64,000 bases of DNA from assembly GCA_025057645.1 (NCBI GenBank), contig JANXBJ010000001.1:180357-244356 (forward strand). The letters are read 5' to 3'. Of this stretch, positions 8,660 to 17,522 are shown piece after piece (the first letter of the stretch is position 1; every line of letters starts with the position of its first letter). Source of the stretch: Anaerolineales bacterium (GTDB lineage: Bacteria > Chloroflexota > Anaerolineae > Anaerolineales > UBA4823). A program made the translations under genes and the position numbers. The notes under the pieces are model-generated. The model was not told where the DNA came from. It saw only the letters and a list, made by a program, of their open reading frames with translations, and did not search any database.

Positions 8660-9844
8660 TCACGGCATGCGCCATTCAAAGCGCCAGATTCCGCCGTCCT
8701 TTTTGTCCAGGATTGAACTCGTTCCCATAATCACATAATAAGTGACACCGGGCTTGTAGGGATAGGGAGTGCCATCGGCCAGCTGAAGAGTAAACAGGCT
8801 GTCGTCCGCAGGACGAGTCCAGCGTACTTCGTAGGCGTATCCGTCGCGAAAAGCATAGCCCATGCCGCTACCCTTCATTTCTATGTCGATGATCTCGCTG
8901 TTACCGGATTTGTATTCGTATTTATGAGGCAAAAAGAGGATCACGATGTTGTCTGCGCTAATTTGGGTATTGGTCACCCGGTCTACTAGAGGGGCATAGG
9001 CTTCACCCTGACCACCATCCTCTTGGGTATCCTGAAAACGCAGGTAACGTCCGCTGGCTTGATCGTAATCCCAACGCACATAAGCGCTGATTGAGAAACG
9101 TGTGAAAATTTGCACCGCAGGCGTACCCCCGGCGGGTGTAGCGCGTTGAAACTTCATGCCGTCCAGATTTTGTCGCTCATCTTTTTCGCCCCTCGAGACA
9201 ATGTAAGGGCCCATTTCCTTAGTGTTGGCCACTAAGAAGTTGCCTCCCCCTGGGTCAATCCGACACATGGGTGGACAATTATAAGCGCCTTCGAAGATCA
9301 GGCGATTGGCGTAATCCGAGTTGAGGAGACGACGTAGGATTCGCTTATCAGCACTGCCGAAGGCGAAGATCGATTTATACATCTTGATCAGCTCTCCGTC
9401 GAACAGTCTTGCCGAGCGGATCGGCCCGACTTGCTCGTAATCGTTACCGTAGAAGATAGCATGAAGACGGGTCAGGCCGTTGTTCTGGTAGTAGTCGAAT
9501 ACCACGTCGGCCAGAGATAGCCCGAAGGGAGGCCGACCAGTCCTCGGGAAGAGCTGGATCTTCACCGCTAGAGGACGTCGTTCTAGTCGGGTGGGATCGT
9601 TTACCGGCAACCCGGTGAGGGGGTTGATGTTTGGGGGAAAGCCACTCGGCCCGTAATCCACCGGTTCTGCAGTTGCGGTTGGTTCGGGAGTGGGAACGGG
9701 TGTTGAGGTGGCGGGCACTGTTGTGGGTGTGGGAGGCAAGGGTGTTTCTGTAGGGGTAGGTGTTGGCGCTGCTTGGCGAAAAAGGCTGCAACCTGTGAGA
9801 GCTACTACGAAAACGAGTGAGGCAATTAGGTGGATTCGTTTCAT
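8660..9844 (-). CDS. DUF3048-family lipoprotein (YerB-like)
   Basis: Lipobox LTGCS, PT-rich linker, then RPLAVKIQLFPRTGRPPFGLSLADVVFDYYQNNGLTRLHAIF, typical of the DUF3048 N-terminal domain. Strong RBS AGGAGG upstream. Confidence 0.8.
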   Translation of the reverse strand: MKRIHLIASLVFVVALTGCSLFRQAAPTPTPTETPLPPTPTTVPATSTPVPTPEPTATAEPVDYGPSGFPPNINPLTGLPVNDPTRLERRPLAVKIQLFPRTGRPPFGLSLADVVFDYYQNNGLTRLHAIFYGNDYEQVGPIRSARLFDGELIKMYKSIFAFGSADKRILRRLLNSDYANRLIFEGAYNCPPMCRIDPGGGNFLVANTKEMGPYIVSRGEKDERQNLDGMKFQRATPAGGTPAVQIFTRFSISAYVRWDYDQASGRYLRFQDTQEDGGQGEAYAPLVDRVTNTQISADNIVILFLPHKYEYKSGNSEIIDIEMKGSGMGYAFRDGYAYEVRWTRPADDSLFTLQLADGTPYPYKPGVTYYVIMGTSSILDKKDGGIWRFEWRMP

Positions 9845-10308
9845 AGGCTATTAACCTCCTAAGGGGCTAATCATACCCCAAAAAACTCCTCTTCATTCGG
9901 GATTAACAATTCCTTAATCGTTTGCTCCGGTCTTTACGCATTTCTTCTGCGGAAGCTGAGGCAATGTGGCTCGAATTATCTTAGAGAAAGAGGACCGAAA
10001 AAAGGAGAACCGTTTGCTTGTGAATGGAGTTCGATAGGTATGCATCCAGATTTGAGGAGGAACTTCTAGAACTCAGTTTGTGATTAAGATCGATAGAAGC
10101 ACAAGCACAAATCCACCTACACAGCAGCACGAGCTTGTCCCGAGGAGAATTAGACAGGAAGTCAGGCCCGGCTTCCAGTCTGTTTTGTCGTGAGGTGCAG
10201 GAGTTATCATGTCTTGATTGTAACTGATAAACTGAATCCAAAGGAAGGAGCAACGAATTTCTGAGCTAAGCGTAAGTGTCAGTAGAAATCACATATCCGG
10301 AGGGTGAG

Positions 10309-11664
10309 ATGGGTAACAAGACGATCTCTTACAAAAAGATAATCCATTGGGGTATCCTATGGGTCGTGGTGATGATCGGCTCGTTGCTCTTGCCGGTGCA
10401 GGCTTGGGCGATTGAAACTGATCCGGATGGACAGATTGAACGAGGTCAAGTCATCGAAGACGACTTGTTTATGGGCGGAGAACGGGTGGTTTTGGATGGG
10501 ACAGTTAGGGGGGATTTTTACGCCAGTGCCAATACGATCGTGATTAACGGAGAGGTGCAAGGAAGCGCTTTTCTTGCCGCTCAGGCGATCACGATTAATG
10601 GAAATATAAATGGTAGCCTTTACGCAGCCTCTCAATCCATTGATCTGGAAGAACAAGGCCGCATTGGGCGCAACCTTTTCTATGTTGGCTTTGCGTTGCA
10701 TACTAGGCCGGGATCACAAGTCGGGAAGGACGCAGTATTTGCGGGTTACCAAGCGATACTCGGGGGACAAATTCGACGGGATGTTCTTGCCTCTGTGGGA
10801 GCCTTGGAGCTCAATGGAGAGGTGGGGCGGGATGTGCGCGCAGTGGTTGGAGACCCAGAGGAAGAGCCTGGAATGATACCCTTCTACACGCCTCCTAGCT
10901 CACCTCCGATCCCTTCTGGTCTGCGCATCAATGAGGGCGCAAAGATAGGCGGTAATCTGATCTATAGCAGCGGCCGGGAACAGTCTGAAGGCATAAAGAG
11001 TAAACCCCAAGGGGAGATCATCTATAAGCCGATCGAAACGCAAGAGCAGCAACCAAGCGCTAGGGGTGGTTTCATCTCAGAGGTGGGAAAGTATCTCTTC
11101 AGCCGTTTTCAAGAGTTGGTTACACTCTTTATCCTCGGTCTCGTGGGGATATGGGCGCTTCCAAAACACCTTCAGGGCTGGAGAGAGCGACTCAAATCTG
11201 AGCCTTTGCTCTCGGGTGTGAACGGCTTGTTTGCGGTGTTGGTTGGGTATGTCGGAGGCGGTTTGGTTTTATTAGTGCTTTTGGCTGTTGTGATCTTTTT
11301 TGCTACTTTGCGGCTCAGTGGTTTGAGCGGCGTCGTACTCAGTGTTGGGTTTTCGGCGTTGGGTCTAGCTTTGGCGATCTTTACCCTGATCGTTATTTAT
11401 GGGAGTAAGGTCGTGGTCTCGCTGTGGCTTGGAGAATGGACTCTCAACCGGTTTGCACCCCAGCTCAGGGATAGGATAGTGCTGGTGCTGCTGGTGGGAG
11501 CTTTGATCTATGTGATTGTGCGCTCGATCCCCATTTTGGGTTGGATTATCGGGCTTTTGGCAACTTTGGTGGGTGTCGGTGCAATCTATCTGGCGTTACG
11601 AGATCGCCTCCGTCCTCAGGCAAAGTCTACATCCACCGCCGAGTCGCTCTCTACGGGTGGATAG
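10309..11664 (+). CDS. Integral membrane protein with bactofilin-like (polymer-forming cytoskeletal family) beta-helix repeats
   Basis: ATG 10309 is preceded by GGAGGG; the supplied ORF starts at GTG 10276. One N-terminal TM segment, then ~200 aa of repeats (VVLDGTVRGDFYASANTIVINGEVQGSAFLAAQAITINGNINGSLYAASQSIDL...), then about 5 C-terminal TM helices. Confidence 0.75.
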   Translation: MGNKTISYKKIIHWGILWVVVMIGSLLLPVQAWAIETDPDGQIERGQVIEDDLFMGGERVVLDGTVRGDFYASANTIVINGEVQGSAFLAAQAITINGNINGSLYAASQSIDLEEQGRIGRNLFYVGFALHTRPGSQVGKDAVFAGYQAILGGQIRRDVLASVGALELNGEVGRDVRAVVGDPEEEPGMIPFYTPPSSPPIPSGLRINEGAKIGGNLIYSSGREQSEGIKSKPQGEIIYKPIETQEQQPSARGGFISEVGKYLFSRFQELVTLFILGLVGIWALPKHLQGWRERLKSEPLLSGVNGLFAVLVGYVGGGLVLLVLLAVVIFFATLRLSGLSGVVLSVGFSALGLALAIFTLIVIYGSKVVVSLWLGEWTLNRFAPQLRDRIVLVLLVGALIYVIVRSIPILGWIIGLLATLVGVGAIYLALRDRLRPQAKSTSTAESLSTGG

Positions 11665-11704
11665 GAAAGATAAAGCCAAGCTGGCAATTCACTCGTGGTG
11701 GGAC

Positions 11705-11757
11705 AAGGGCGAGCAGCGGGAAATTGAGGCTGCGAAATCCGCCCTTGCCCCTTTTTT
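11705..11757 (+). terminator. Candidate intrinsic terminator after the beta-helix membrane protein gene
   Basis: AAGGGCG (11705..11711) pairs with CGCCCTT (11740..11746), with an inner GCAGC/GCTGC helix. Followed by GCCCC and a T6 run (11752..11757). Confidence 0.45.
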
Positions 11758-11780
11758 ATAAATGGAGTAGGATACTTAGG

Positions 11781-12176
11781 ATGAAACAGCGTAGCTTGAC
11801 CTGGTTGGTGGCTGGTGACATTATCACCCTATTCTTGCTCACTGTGGCAGGGTTCGCTTCGCATCAAGAACTGAGCACAGCGGGTTGGCGTTTGTTAACC
11901 ACATTCCTTCCACTTTGTGCCGCCTGGGCGGTGAGTGCGTTGGTGTCGGGACTTTATCGCGCCGAAGTCTATAGCTCCCCAAGCCAGCTTTGGAGAGCCC
12001 TGTGGGGAATGCTCTTAGCAGGCCCACTCGCCGCTTTTTTGCGCGGGATTTGGTTGAATCAGCCTATTATACCGGTCTTTGTCCTTGTGCTAACCGGGTT
12101 TGGGATGTTCGGCATGGTGTTATGGCGTTTTTTGTTCTGGTTCTTGATCATGCGTCGGGCGCTGCGTCATGGATGA
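11781..12176 (+). CDS. DUF3054-like small membrane protein
   Basis: Start taken at ATG 11781 (MKQRSLTWLVAGDIITLFLLTVAGFASH...). About 4 TM helices in 131 aa. 8-bp overlap with the sigma factor gene. Confidence 0.65.
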   Translation: MKQRSLTWLVAGDIITLFLLTVAGFASHQELSTAGWRLLTTFLPLCAAWAVSALVSGLYRAEVYSSPSQLWRALWGMLLAGPLAAFLRGIWLNQPIIPVFVLVLTGFGMFGMVLWRFLFWFLIMRRALRHG

Positions 12177-12777
12177 GCAAGGCCTGATTCGCAATGCTCA
12201 ACGAGGCGACTTGGAAGCCTTTAATCGCTTGGTGATAGCTTACCAAGACGCCATCTACTCCTATGCCTACCGAATGCTCGGGGAGGAGAGTGCGGCAGAT
12301 GATGCAACCCAAGAGACGTTTCTCGCAGCTTTTCAAGCACTTCGGTCGTTTCGGGGTGGATCTTTCCGGGCATGGTTGTTCCGCATTGTCACTAACCAGT
12401 GCTATGATGAATTGCGTCGTCGCCAACGACATCCCACGACACCCCTGGAGCCGTTAGGTTCGGACGATGAGGAAATTGAGTCGCCGCGCTGGATTGGGGA
12501 TAGTTCGAATTCGCCCGAGGATCAGCTCGACCAGCAAGCCCTAAGGGAACTGATCCAGCATTGTCTCGGGGAACTGCCCGATGAATTTCGGAGCGTCATT
12601 TTGTTGGTCGACGTCCAAGGGATGGACTATGCCGAGGCGGCCCGGGCCCTGGGCAAGCCTGTGGGTACCATCAAGAGCCGCTTGGCGCGTGCCCGCTTGC
12701 GGGTGCAGCGGTGTTTGCAAACTCATTGGGAACTTTTACCCGAAAAGTTTCGTCCAATGAACAAGGCAGACCTATGA
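12169..12777 (+). CDS. ECF-type RNA polymerase sigma factor (sigma-70 family, group 4)
   Basis: Region 2 DATQETFLAAFQALRSFRGGSFRAWLFRIVTNQCYDELRRR. Region 4 HTH MDYAEAARALGKPVGTIKSRLARARLRV. Confidence 0.9.
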   Translation: MDEQGLIRNAQRGDLEAFNRLVIAYQDAIYSYAYRMLGEESAADDATQETFLAAFQALRSFRGGSFRAWLFRIVTNQCYDELRRRQRHPTTPLEPLGSDDEEIESPRWIGDSSNSPEDQLDQQALRELIQHCLGELPDEFRSVILLVDVQGMDYAEAARALGKPVGTIKSRLARARLRVQRCLQTHWELLPEKFRPMNKADL

Positions 12778-13619
12778 GCACAGAGCCTTTATCGGAGCGG
12801 GACTACGAGTTAATTTCCTCCTATTTGGACGGTGAGATTAGCGGTAGGCAAAAGCAAACTGTCGAATTGCGCCTAACCCAAGATGCCCGGTATAAGCTGG
12901 CTTATGAGCAATTGTCCCAGGTACGCAGTTTACTCCGGAGTCAGCCTTTGTTACGTTCTCCGCGCAGCTACACGCTCTCCCCTAATGTCATTTCTGTTTC
13001 TCAACCTTCTCCAAAACCCCTCTCTCTCCTCCCGTCAATGGTGCGCGCTGCTTCCGCTTTTGCGAGTGTCTTCTTTCTGGTCTTGTTTGTGTGGAACTTG
13101 GTTTCATGGGAGAGGAGTGGCCTCTTTGCCCTGGAGGGCAGGGAGGTGTTTTCTCAGGCTGCACCGGCAGAAGTTGCTCCAATGCAGCCCTACCCGTATG
13201 AAGCCACCCAGAGTGAACAACCACCGATGTCTAAAGGGGGACCCCTATTTCCTACTCCGAGCGAGCTTTACCCACCTCCGGAGGGCATCGGTGAAATGGG
13301 TGGAGGTGGAGGGAGTGGTGCGCCGGGCGGTTTTGAAGCACCGCTTCTGGCCCCTTACCCTGGGACGCTATTAGCTGCGCCAACTGCCACAGTTCCCCCT
13401 GACCAAACTGCTTTGGCAACTCCTGTAGATGAGCATGGTCGGGTAGAGCAAATCAATAGCTCAAACATTCCCTTCTCAGAAGGCCAAGCGAGAGCTGAGA
13501 CCGAGGAAGCAACTGCTCAGGCATCAAGAAGAGCGTGGGCGTTAAGACAGTTGGTGTATGGAGTGTTGGCTGTCTCCTTTGCGCTCCTTGCACTTCGAAG
13601 TGGGAAACGGAGAACTTAG
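12774..13619 (+). CDS. Putative membrane anti-sigma factor
   Basis: ATG 12774 overlaps the sigma gene stop (ATGA). N-terminal anti-sigma-like helix LSERDYELISSYLDGEISGRQ, a TM segment near residue 110, and a second C-terminal TM segment. Confidence 0.7.
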   Translation: MSTEPLSERDYELISSYLDGEISGRQKQTVELRLTQDARYKLAYEQLSQVRSLLRSQPLLRSPRSYTLSPNVISVSQPSPKPLSLLPSMVRAASAFASVFFLVLFVWNLVSWERSGLFALEGREVFSQAAPAEVAPMQPYPYEATQSEQPPMSKGGPLFPTPSELYPPPEGIGEMGGGGGSGAPGGFEAPLLAPYPGTLLAAPTATVPPDQTALATPVDEHGRVEQINSSNIPFSEGQARAETEEATAQASRRAWALRQLVYGVLAVSFALLALRSGKRRT

Positions 13620-13627
13620 TTGTCTCG

Positions 13628-14134
13628 ATGAACGCTTTTGACGAAGCTCGATATTGCATCCGCTGTGCCACCCCCCTAGCTGCACAAAGGTTGTTTGGAA
13701 AGCTACGGCCTGTGTGCCCGACCTGTGGTTGGATTTACTTTGCAGACCCAAAAGTAGCTGTTGCTGTGTTGATCTCCCACAACAGCTCCGTCCTGCTGGG
13801 CCGCAGAGTCAACGATCCGGGTCGAGGGCAGTGGACTTTGCCTGCTGGGTTTGTCGATGCCGGTGAGGATCCCCTTGAGGCAGCCCGCAGAGAGTGTTTC
13901 GAAGAGACGGGCTTGGAGATCGAGATCATCGATCTTTTGGATGTGATGTATGGGCAAGAACACGAGCGGGGAGCACATATTCTGATTGTCTATCTAGGGC
14001 GCATTTTGGGCGGGAGTCTCAGGGCTGCAGATGATATCGATGCGGTGGATTTCTTTGGGCTAGACGCGCTTCCTCCCTTAGCTTTCTCGACCACCGAGAA
14101 AATCTTACGTAAATGGCAGGAAAAGGCTCGATAG
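13628..14134 (+). CDS. NUDIX hydrolase with N-terminal zinc ribbon
   Basis: CIRC...CPTC zinc ribbon. Nudix box GFVDAGEDPLEAARRECFEETGL. Start at ATG 13628 rather than the longer overlapping ORF. Confidence 0.85.
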   Translation: MNAFDEARYCIRCATPLAAQRLFGKLRPVCPTCGWIYFADPKVAVAVLISHNSSVLLGRRVNDPGRGQWTLPAGFVDAGEDPLEAARRECFEETGLEIEIIDLLDVMYGQEHERGAHILIVYLGRILGGSLRAADDIDAVDFFGLDALPPLAFSTTEKILRKWQEKAR

Positions 14135-14411
14135 TCTTAGGGGCATAGAAGACGAAGCATTTTCTGCATGGGGGAGTCTGTAAAAGAAAACGGCTTTTGG
14201 TTTCGAGAAGTGTGGTAGAATCAAGACTGACCTAAAGTTTGGTTATGTTGTACGTCGTTGACGCTCGTTGAGAAATTTTACCGGATCACAGTTGTCTGAG
14301 CCTTAAGCCGACAATTCGAGAATATCCCCCCGATCGGTAAGAAAAATATGTCAAAGACGAGGCACGACGAAGACTAAGCATCTGTGTCTATGAAGAAAGG
14401 ATGTGCGAGAA

Positions 14412-16157
14412 ATGAACAACCAGCCCTTGAAGAGAATTCTCTCAATTATTGCCAGTCTATTGGTCCTCAGTTTTGCTTGCAGTCTTGGAGCCACTCCTAC
14501 TAGTGCACCGGGTACTGAGGTCCCTCCTCAACCTACACAGCCTGTTCTAGAACCTTCGCCGACTACTGCCGTTAGTGGAGCGGTAGGCAGTTTAGAAGAA
14601 GTGCGCAAAGCCGTGGTCCAGATCGAATCGACCGGAACGTTCGTTGATCCTGAATTCGGTGAAACATTGAGCCGCGGAGCAGGGTCTGGGTTCATTATCG
14701 ATCCCTCGGGGATCGCTGTGACCAATAATCATGTCGTTTCGGGCGCAACTGTCTTCCGTATCTACGTTGGAGGGGATACCAGCAAGACCTATAACGCAAG
14801 AGTCCTAGGCTATTCCGAATGTTCGGATTTGGCCGTAATTGACATTGAAGGAGAAGGTTTCCCATACCTGAGATGGCATGAAGGGCCTGTAAAGGTGGGA
14901 ATGGATATTTATGTTGCCGGTTTTCCACTGGGCGATCCGAACTTTACCCTTACAAAAGGCATTATCTCGAAAGAGAAAGCCGATGGAAGAACTGCTTTTG
15001 CCTCTGTGGAGTCGGTTCTGGAGTATGACGCAACCACGAATCCCGGCAACTCCGGGGGGCCTGTGGTGACCAGCAACGGCGAAGTTGTCGCTGTTCATTA
15101 TGCGGGGAATCGCGAAGCCCGACAGGCCTTCGGAATCGCAGCTGACCTGGCTCGAGGCATAGTTGAGATTTTGCGCAAAGGGGAGAATGTTGACTCCATC
15201 GGCGTCAACGGTGCTGCGGTGGCCAATCAGGATAAGACCATTGTTGGGGTGTGGGCCTACTCCGTCCAGCCAGGCTCGGCAGCCGACAAGGCAGGCCTCA
15301 AGCCGGGGGATATTATCACTCGCTTGGGCAATGTCCCGGTGGCTACCGATGGAACTCTGTATGACTACTGTGACATTATCCGCAGCCATTCTGCGACAGA
15401 CGTCCTGCCTATCGAGGTTTTGCGTTACTCTACCGGAGAAATTTTGAGCGGTCAGCTCAATGGCCGAGCGCTAGAGGTAGTTTCTGTCTTTGGCGCGCCG
15501 AGTGACACTGCTACAACGCCCGACACAGGCACCCCCTCCGGTGCTGGTGTGCCTGGCACCACTGTGAATCCCAACGCCAGTCAGCCCGGTGAGTATTACT
15601 ACACGACCGAATTCGAGGATATGAGCGATTGGGAATACATCTTGATAAAGGGCAGTGAAAGCGGTTTCACTCAGGAAGCACGCAATGGGAGATTTCGGGT
15701 GGAGATTCTTGAACCCAACACCTGGGTATATTTCATTAACACAAATTTCATTTACCAAGACGTACAACTAGATATCCTTGTTGAGAATTTGGGCAAGAAC
15801 ACGAATTACACTGGTCTGTTCTGCCGCTATTCGGAAGATGGCTGGTATGAAGCAAATATCTTGAACACCGGCGAATACGTGCTCTTTGCTTCGGATGGCA
15901 GTCGTTTGGAGCGGTTGTATAGCGGGGGGTCTAGGTTGATCCGAACTGGGAAAGAGACCAACACCTACACTCTCGTCTGCAAGGGGGACGAGTTAACCTT
16001 AGGCATTAATGGGGTGGAGGTGAGAAAGGTTTCAACAAAGGCTGCTCCGTCCGTACCACCCTTGCGTGAGGGACAAGTGGGCTTTTTCGTGGCTTCGGAG
16101 AACATCTATCCCTTGATCGTAGAGTTCGATTGGTTTACAGCCTCGGTTGTATACTAA
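14412..16157 (+). CDS. HtrA/DegP-like S1C serine protease lipoprotein with PDZ domain and a C-terminal jelly-roll-like domain
   Basis: Lipobox LSFAC. Catalytic triad contexts VTNNHVV, DLAVIDI and TNPGNSGGPVV. PDZ-like GLKPGDIITRLGNVPV. The ~190-aa C-terminal domain looks like a ConA/DUF1080-type fold, a guess from sequence pattern only. Confidence 0.85.
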   Translation: MNNQPLKRILSIIASLLVLSFACSLGATPTSAPGTEVPPQPTQPVLEPSPTTAVSGAVGSLEEVRKAVVQIESTGTFVDPEFGETLSRGAGSGFIIDPSGIAVTNNHVVSGATVFRIYVGGDTSKTYNARVLGYSECSDLAVIDIEGEGFPYLRWHEGPVKVGMDIYVAGFPLGDPNFTLTKGIISKEKADGRTAFASVESVLEYDATTNPGNSGGPVVTSNGEVVAVHYAGNREARQAFGIAADLARGIVEILRKGENVDSIGVNGAAVANQDKTIVGVWAYSVQPGSAADKAGLKPGDIITRLGNVPVATDGTLYDYCDIIRSHSATDVLPIEVLRYSTGEILSGQLNGRALEVVSVFGAPSDTATTPDTGTPSGAGVPGTTVNPNASQPGEYYYTTEFEDMSDWEYILIKGSESGFTQEARNGRFRVEILEPNTWVYFINTNFIYQDVQLDILVENLGKNTNYTGLFCRYSEDGWYEANILNTGEYVLFASDGSRLERLYSGGSRLIRTGKETNTYTLVCKGDELTLGINGVEVRKVSTKAAPSVPPLREGQVGFFVASENIYPLIVEFDWFTASVVY

Positions 16158-16183
16158 GACCGAAGTGGCGGTCGTGGTGGTTG

Positions 16184-16210
16184 GAGAGGCACCTCGCAGA
16201 GGTGCCTCTC
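16184..16210. terminator. Bidirectional hairpin between convergent genes
   Basis: Perfect 11-bp stem GAGAGGCACCT/AGGTGCCTCTC with a 5-nt loop (CGCAG). It sits in the 72-bp gap between the protease gene and the convergent 354-aa gene. The flanking U-tracts are weak. Confidence 0.55.
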
Positions 16211-16229
16211 TGCGCTTCTTAGTGAAATC

Positions 16230-17294
16230 TCACGGTTGGTAGAGGAAGCGATTGGTGAGGGTGTAATGGACATAGTTTTGAATCAGGCTAGTGACCATGT
16301 CCCGCCGATAGTTATGAGATGAGAAAGTTTGGATAATGACCCTTCCCTCAATACAACTCGCCACGACCCCATGGTCTGACTTTGAAGTTGCTATGGTCCC
16401 TGCAATAAGTTGTGCGTCTCCGCTCCCGGTAAGCTTGAGTAGGTCGCCCTGATCGGGGGTTTCCCAGAAGACACTGAAGTTGCGCAGGGAGACGCCTTTA
16501 TTTGGAGTGGTGAAGAGCGGATGATCGGGGAGCAGAGGGTAGACGGAGAGGTCTGCTAGCCACCAGTCTTCGAAATACCAATCTCGATAGATGCCTATCC
16601 CGCATTTTGCGAGGAGAGGAGCTACCCGTCCTTGAGAGAGTTCATCCAGCGCCCAATGCTCAATAATCACGGCTGCACCACGGTTGATTTGCTCGAGGAG
16701 GTAGACAAAGAACTCCCCTTGAATTTTCGTGCGGCTTTCTGAAGCGGCGATGATCAAGTCCCACTCTGTTGAAGAGAGTAGGTCGTCCTTGAACCATCCT
16801 TGGGCGCTGCCGTCGTCCTTGAAAGTATACCCGCCGCTCTCAAGTGCCTCCTGGTAATATTCTAGGATGCCTGTTCCGGCCACGTCTTCAAAAAGGAGGA
16901 TCTTGGCATTTTTGATTTTTTGTTCGATATCTACAGTGGACGCAGGGGAGGGCGGCAGCGGCGGTAGTGCTTCGGTGGGCGGTAGCGGCGGAGGATTGGT
17001 CGGTGCAACCTGTCTGGCTTGCTGGGTAAGTTGAGCAGCTTGCTCGGCTAGCACAGTGGCTTGGACTTCCTGAGCAATACGGGTTCGTTCGAACGCTGCA
17101 GCGGTTTCTTGCGCATCTTGGTTCATCTGCTGCGCCTGTAGGGTCAGTTGCACTTGGAGCGCAGTCTGGGTTTGGATCAGGCTCTGATCGGCTTGCCCGC
17201 TGGAGAAACAAGCCACAGCGACGATCAGCAGCAAGGGAGGCAACACAAGCCATTTGTAGTCCCTTAATCCTTGGGGCGAAAAGCTTATTCTCAT
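16230..17294 (-). CDS. Hypothetical lipoprotein: Gln-rich coiled coil, Pro-rich linker and an unknown ~230-aa globular domain
   Basis: Lipobox-like VAVAC and RBS AGGAG. Q/A-rich heptad-like stretch, PPLPPTEALPPLPPSP linker, and a C-terminal domain with no motif I can name. Confidence 0.7.
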   Translation of the reverse strand: MRISFSPQGLRDYKWLVLPPLLLIVAVACFSSGQADQSLIQTQTALQVQLTLQAQQMNQDAQETAAAFERTRIAQEVQATVLAEQAAQLTQQARQVAPTNPPPLPPTEALPPLPPSPASTVDIEQKIKNAKILLFEDVAGTGILEYYQEALESGGYTFKDDGSAQGWFKDDLLSSTEWDLIIAASESRTKIQGEFFVYLLEQINRGAAVIIEHWALDELSQGRVAPLLAKCGIGIYRDWYFEDWWLADLSVYPLLPDHPLFTTPNKGVSLRNFSVFWETPDQGDLLKLTGSGDAQLIAGTIATSKSDHGVVASCIEGRVIIQTFSSHNYRRDMVTSLIQNYVHYTLTNRFLYQP

Positions 17295-17493
17295 GTTTTT
17301 CTCCTAAAGTTCAGGCATTCTTGCGGAAAAGAAAGGGGGTCTCCCGGGAGATGCAAGACTTATCTCCTTCTCTCCGAGTTGGAGAAGTTTGCCTTGTTGG
17401 GCAACTTTAGCCAGAGCAACTCTCTCTAAAGTGTGTTTCTTTCTCGCACGAAAGAGGAGCTAAGGCTCGCCACGGTAGGTTCCTACTCAGTTC

Positions 17494-17522
17494 AGTATAC
17501 AGGGAGAAAGCAATAAAGTCAA
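17494..17522 (-). promoter_or_regulatory. Candidate sigma-70 promoter (TTGACT-17-TATACT) for the 16230..17294 gene
   Basis: Minus strand: TTGACT (17522..17517), 17-nt spacer, TATACT (17499..17494). Implies a ~190-nt leader. Confidence 0.4.

Noticed and set aside
9981-10253. 90-aa ORF in the large intergenic region
   Set aside because: No RBS. Ser/Leu/Cys-rich composition unlike neighbouring proteins. Lies in AT-richer promoter-type DNA.
12883-13374. 163-aa alternative-frame ORF inside the anti-sigma factor gene
   Set aside because: Same strand but out of frame with an ORF that is translationally coupled to the sigma gene. Cys/Arg/Ser/Leu-rich nonsense-like sequence.
14805-15389. 194-aa ORF antisense to the HtrA-like protease gene
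   Set aside because: The opposite strand encodes an intact protease triad and PDZ domain. The antisense product has no motifs and typical shadow-ORF composition.
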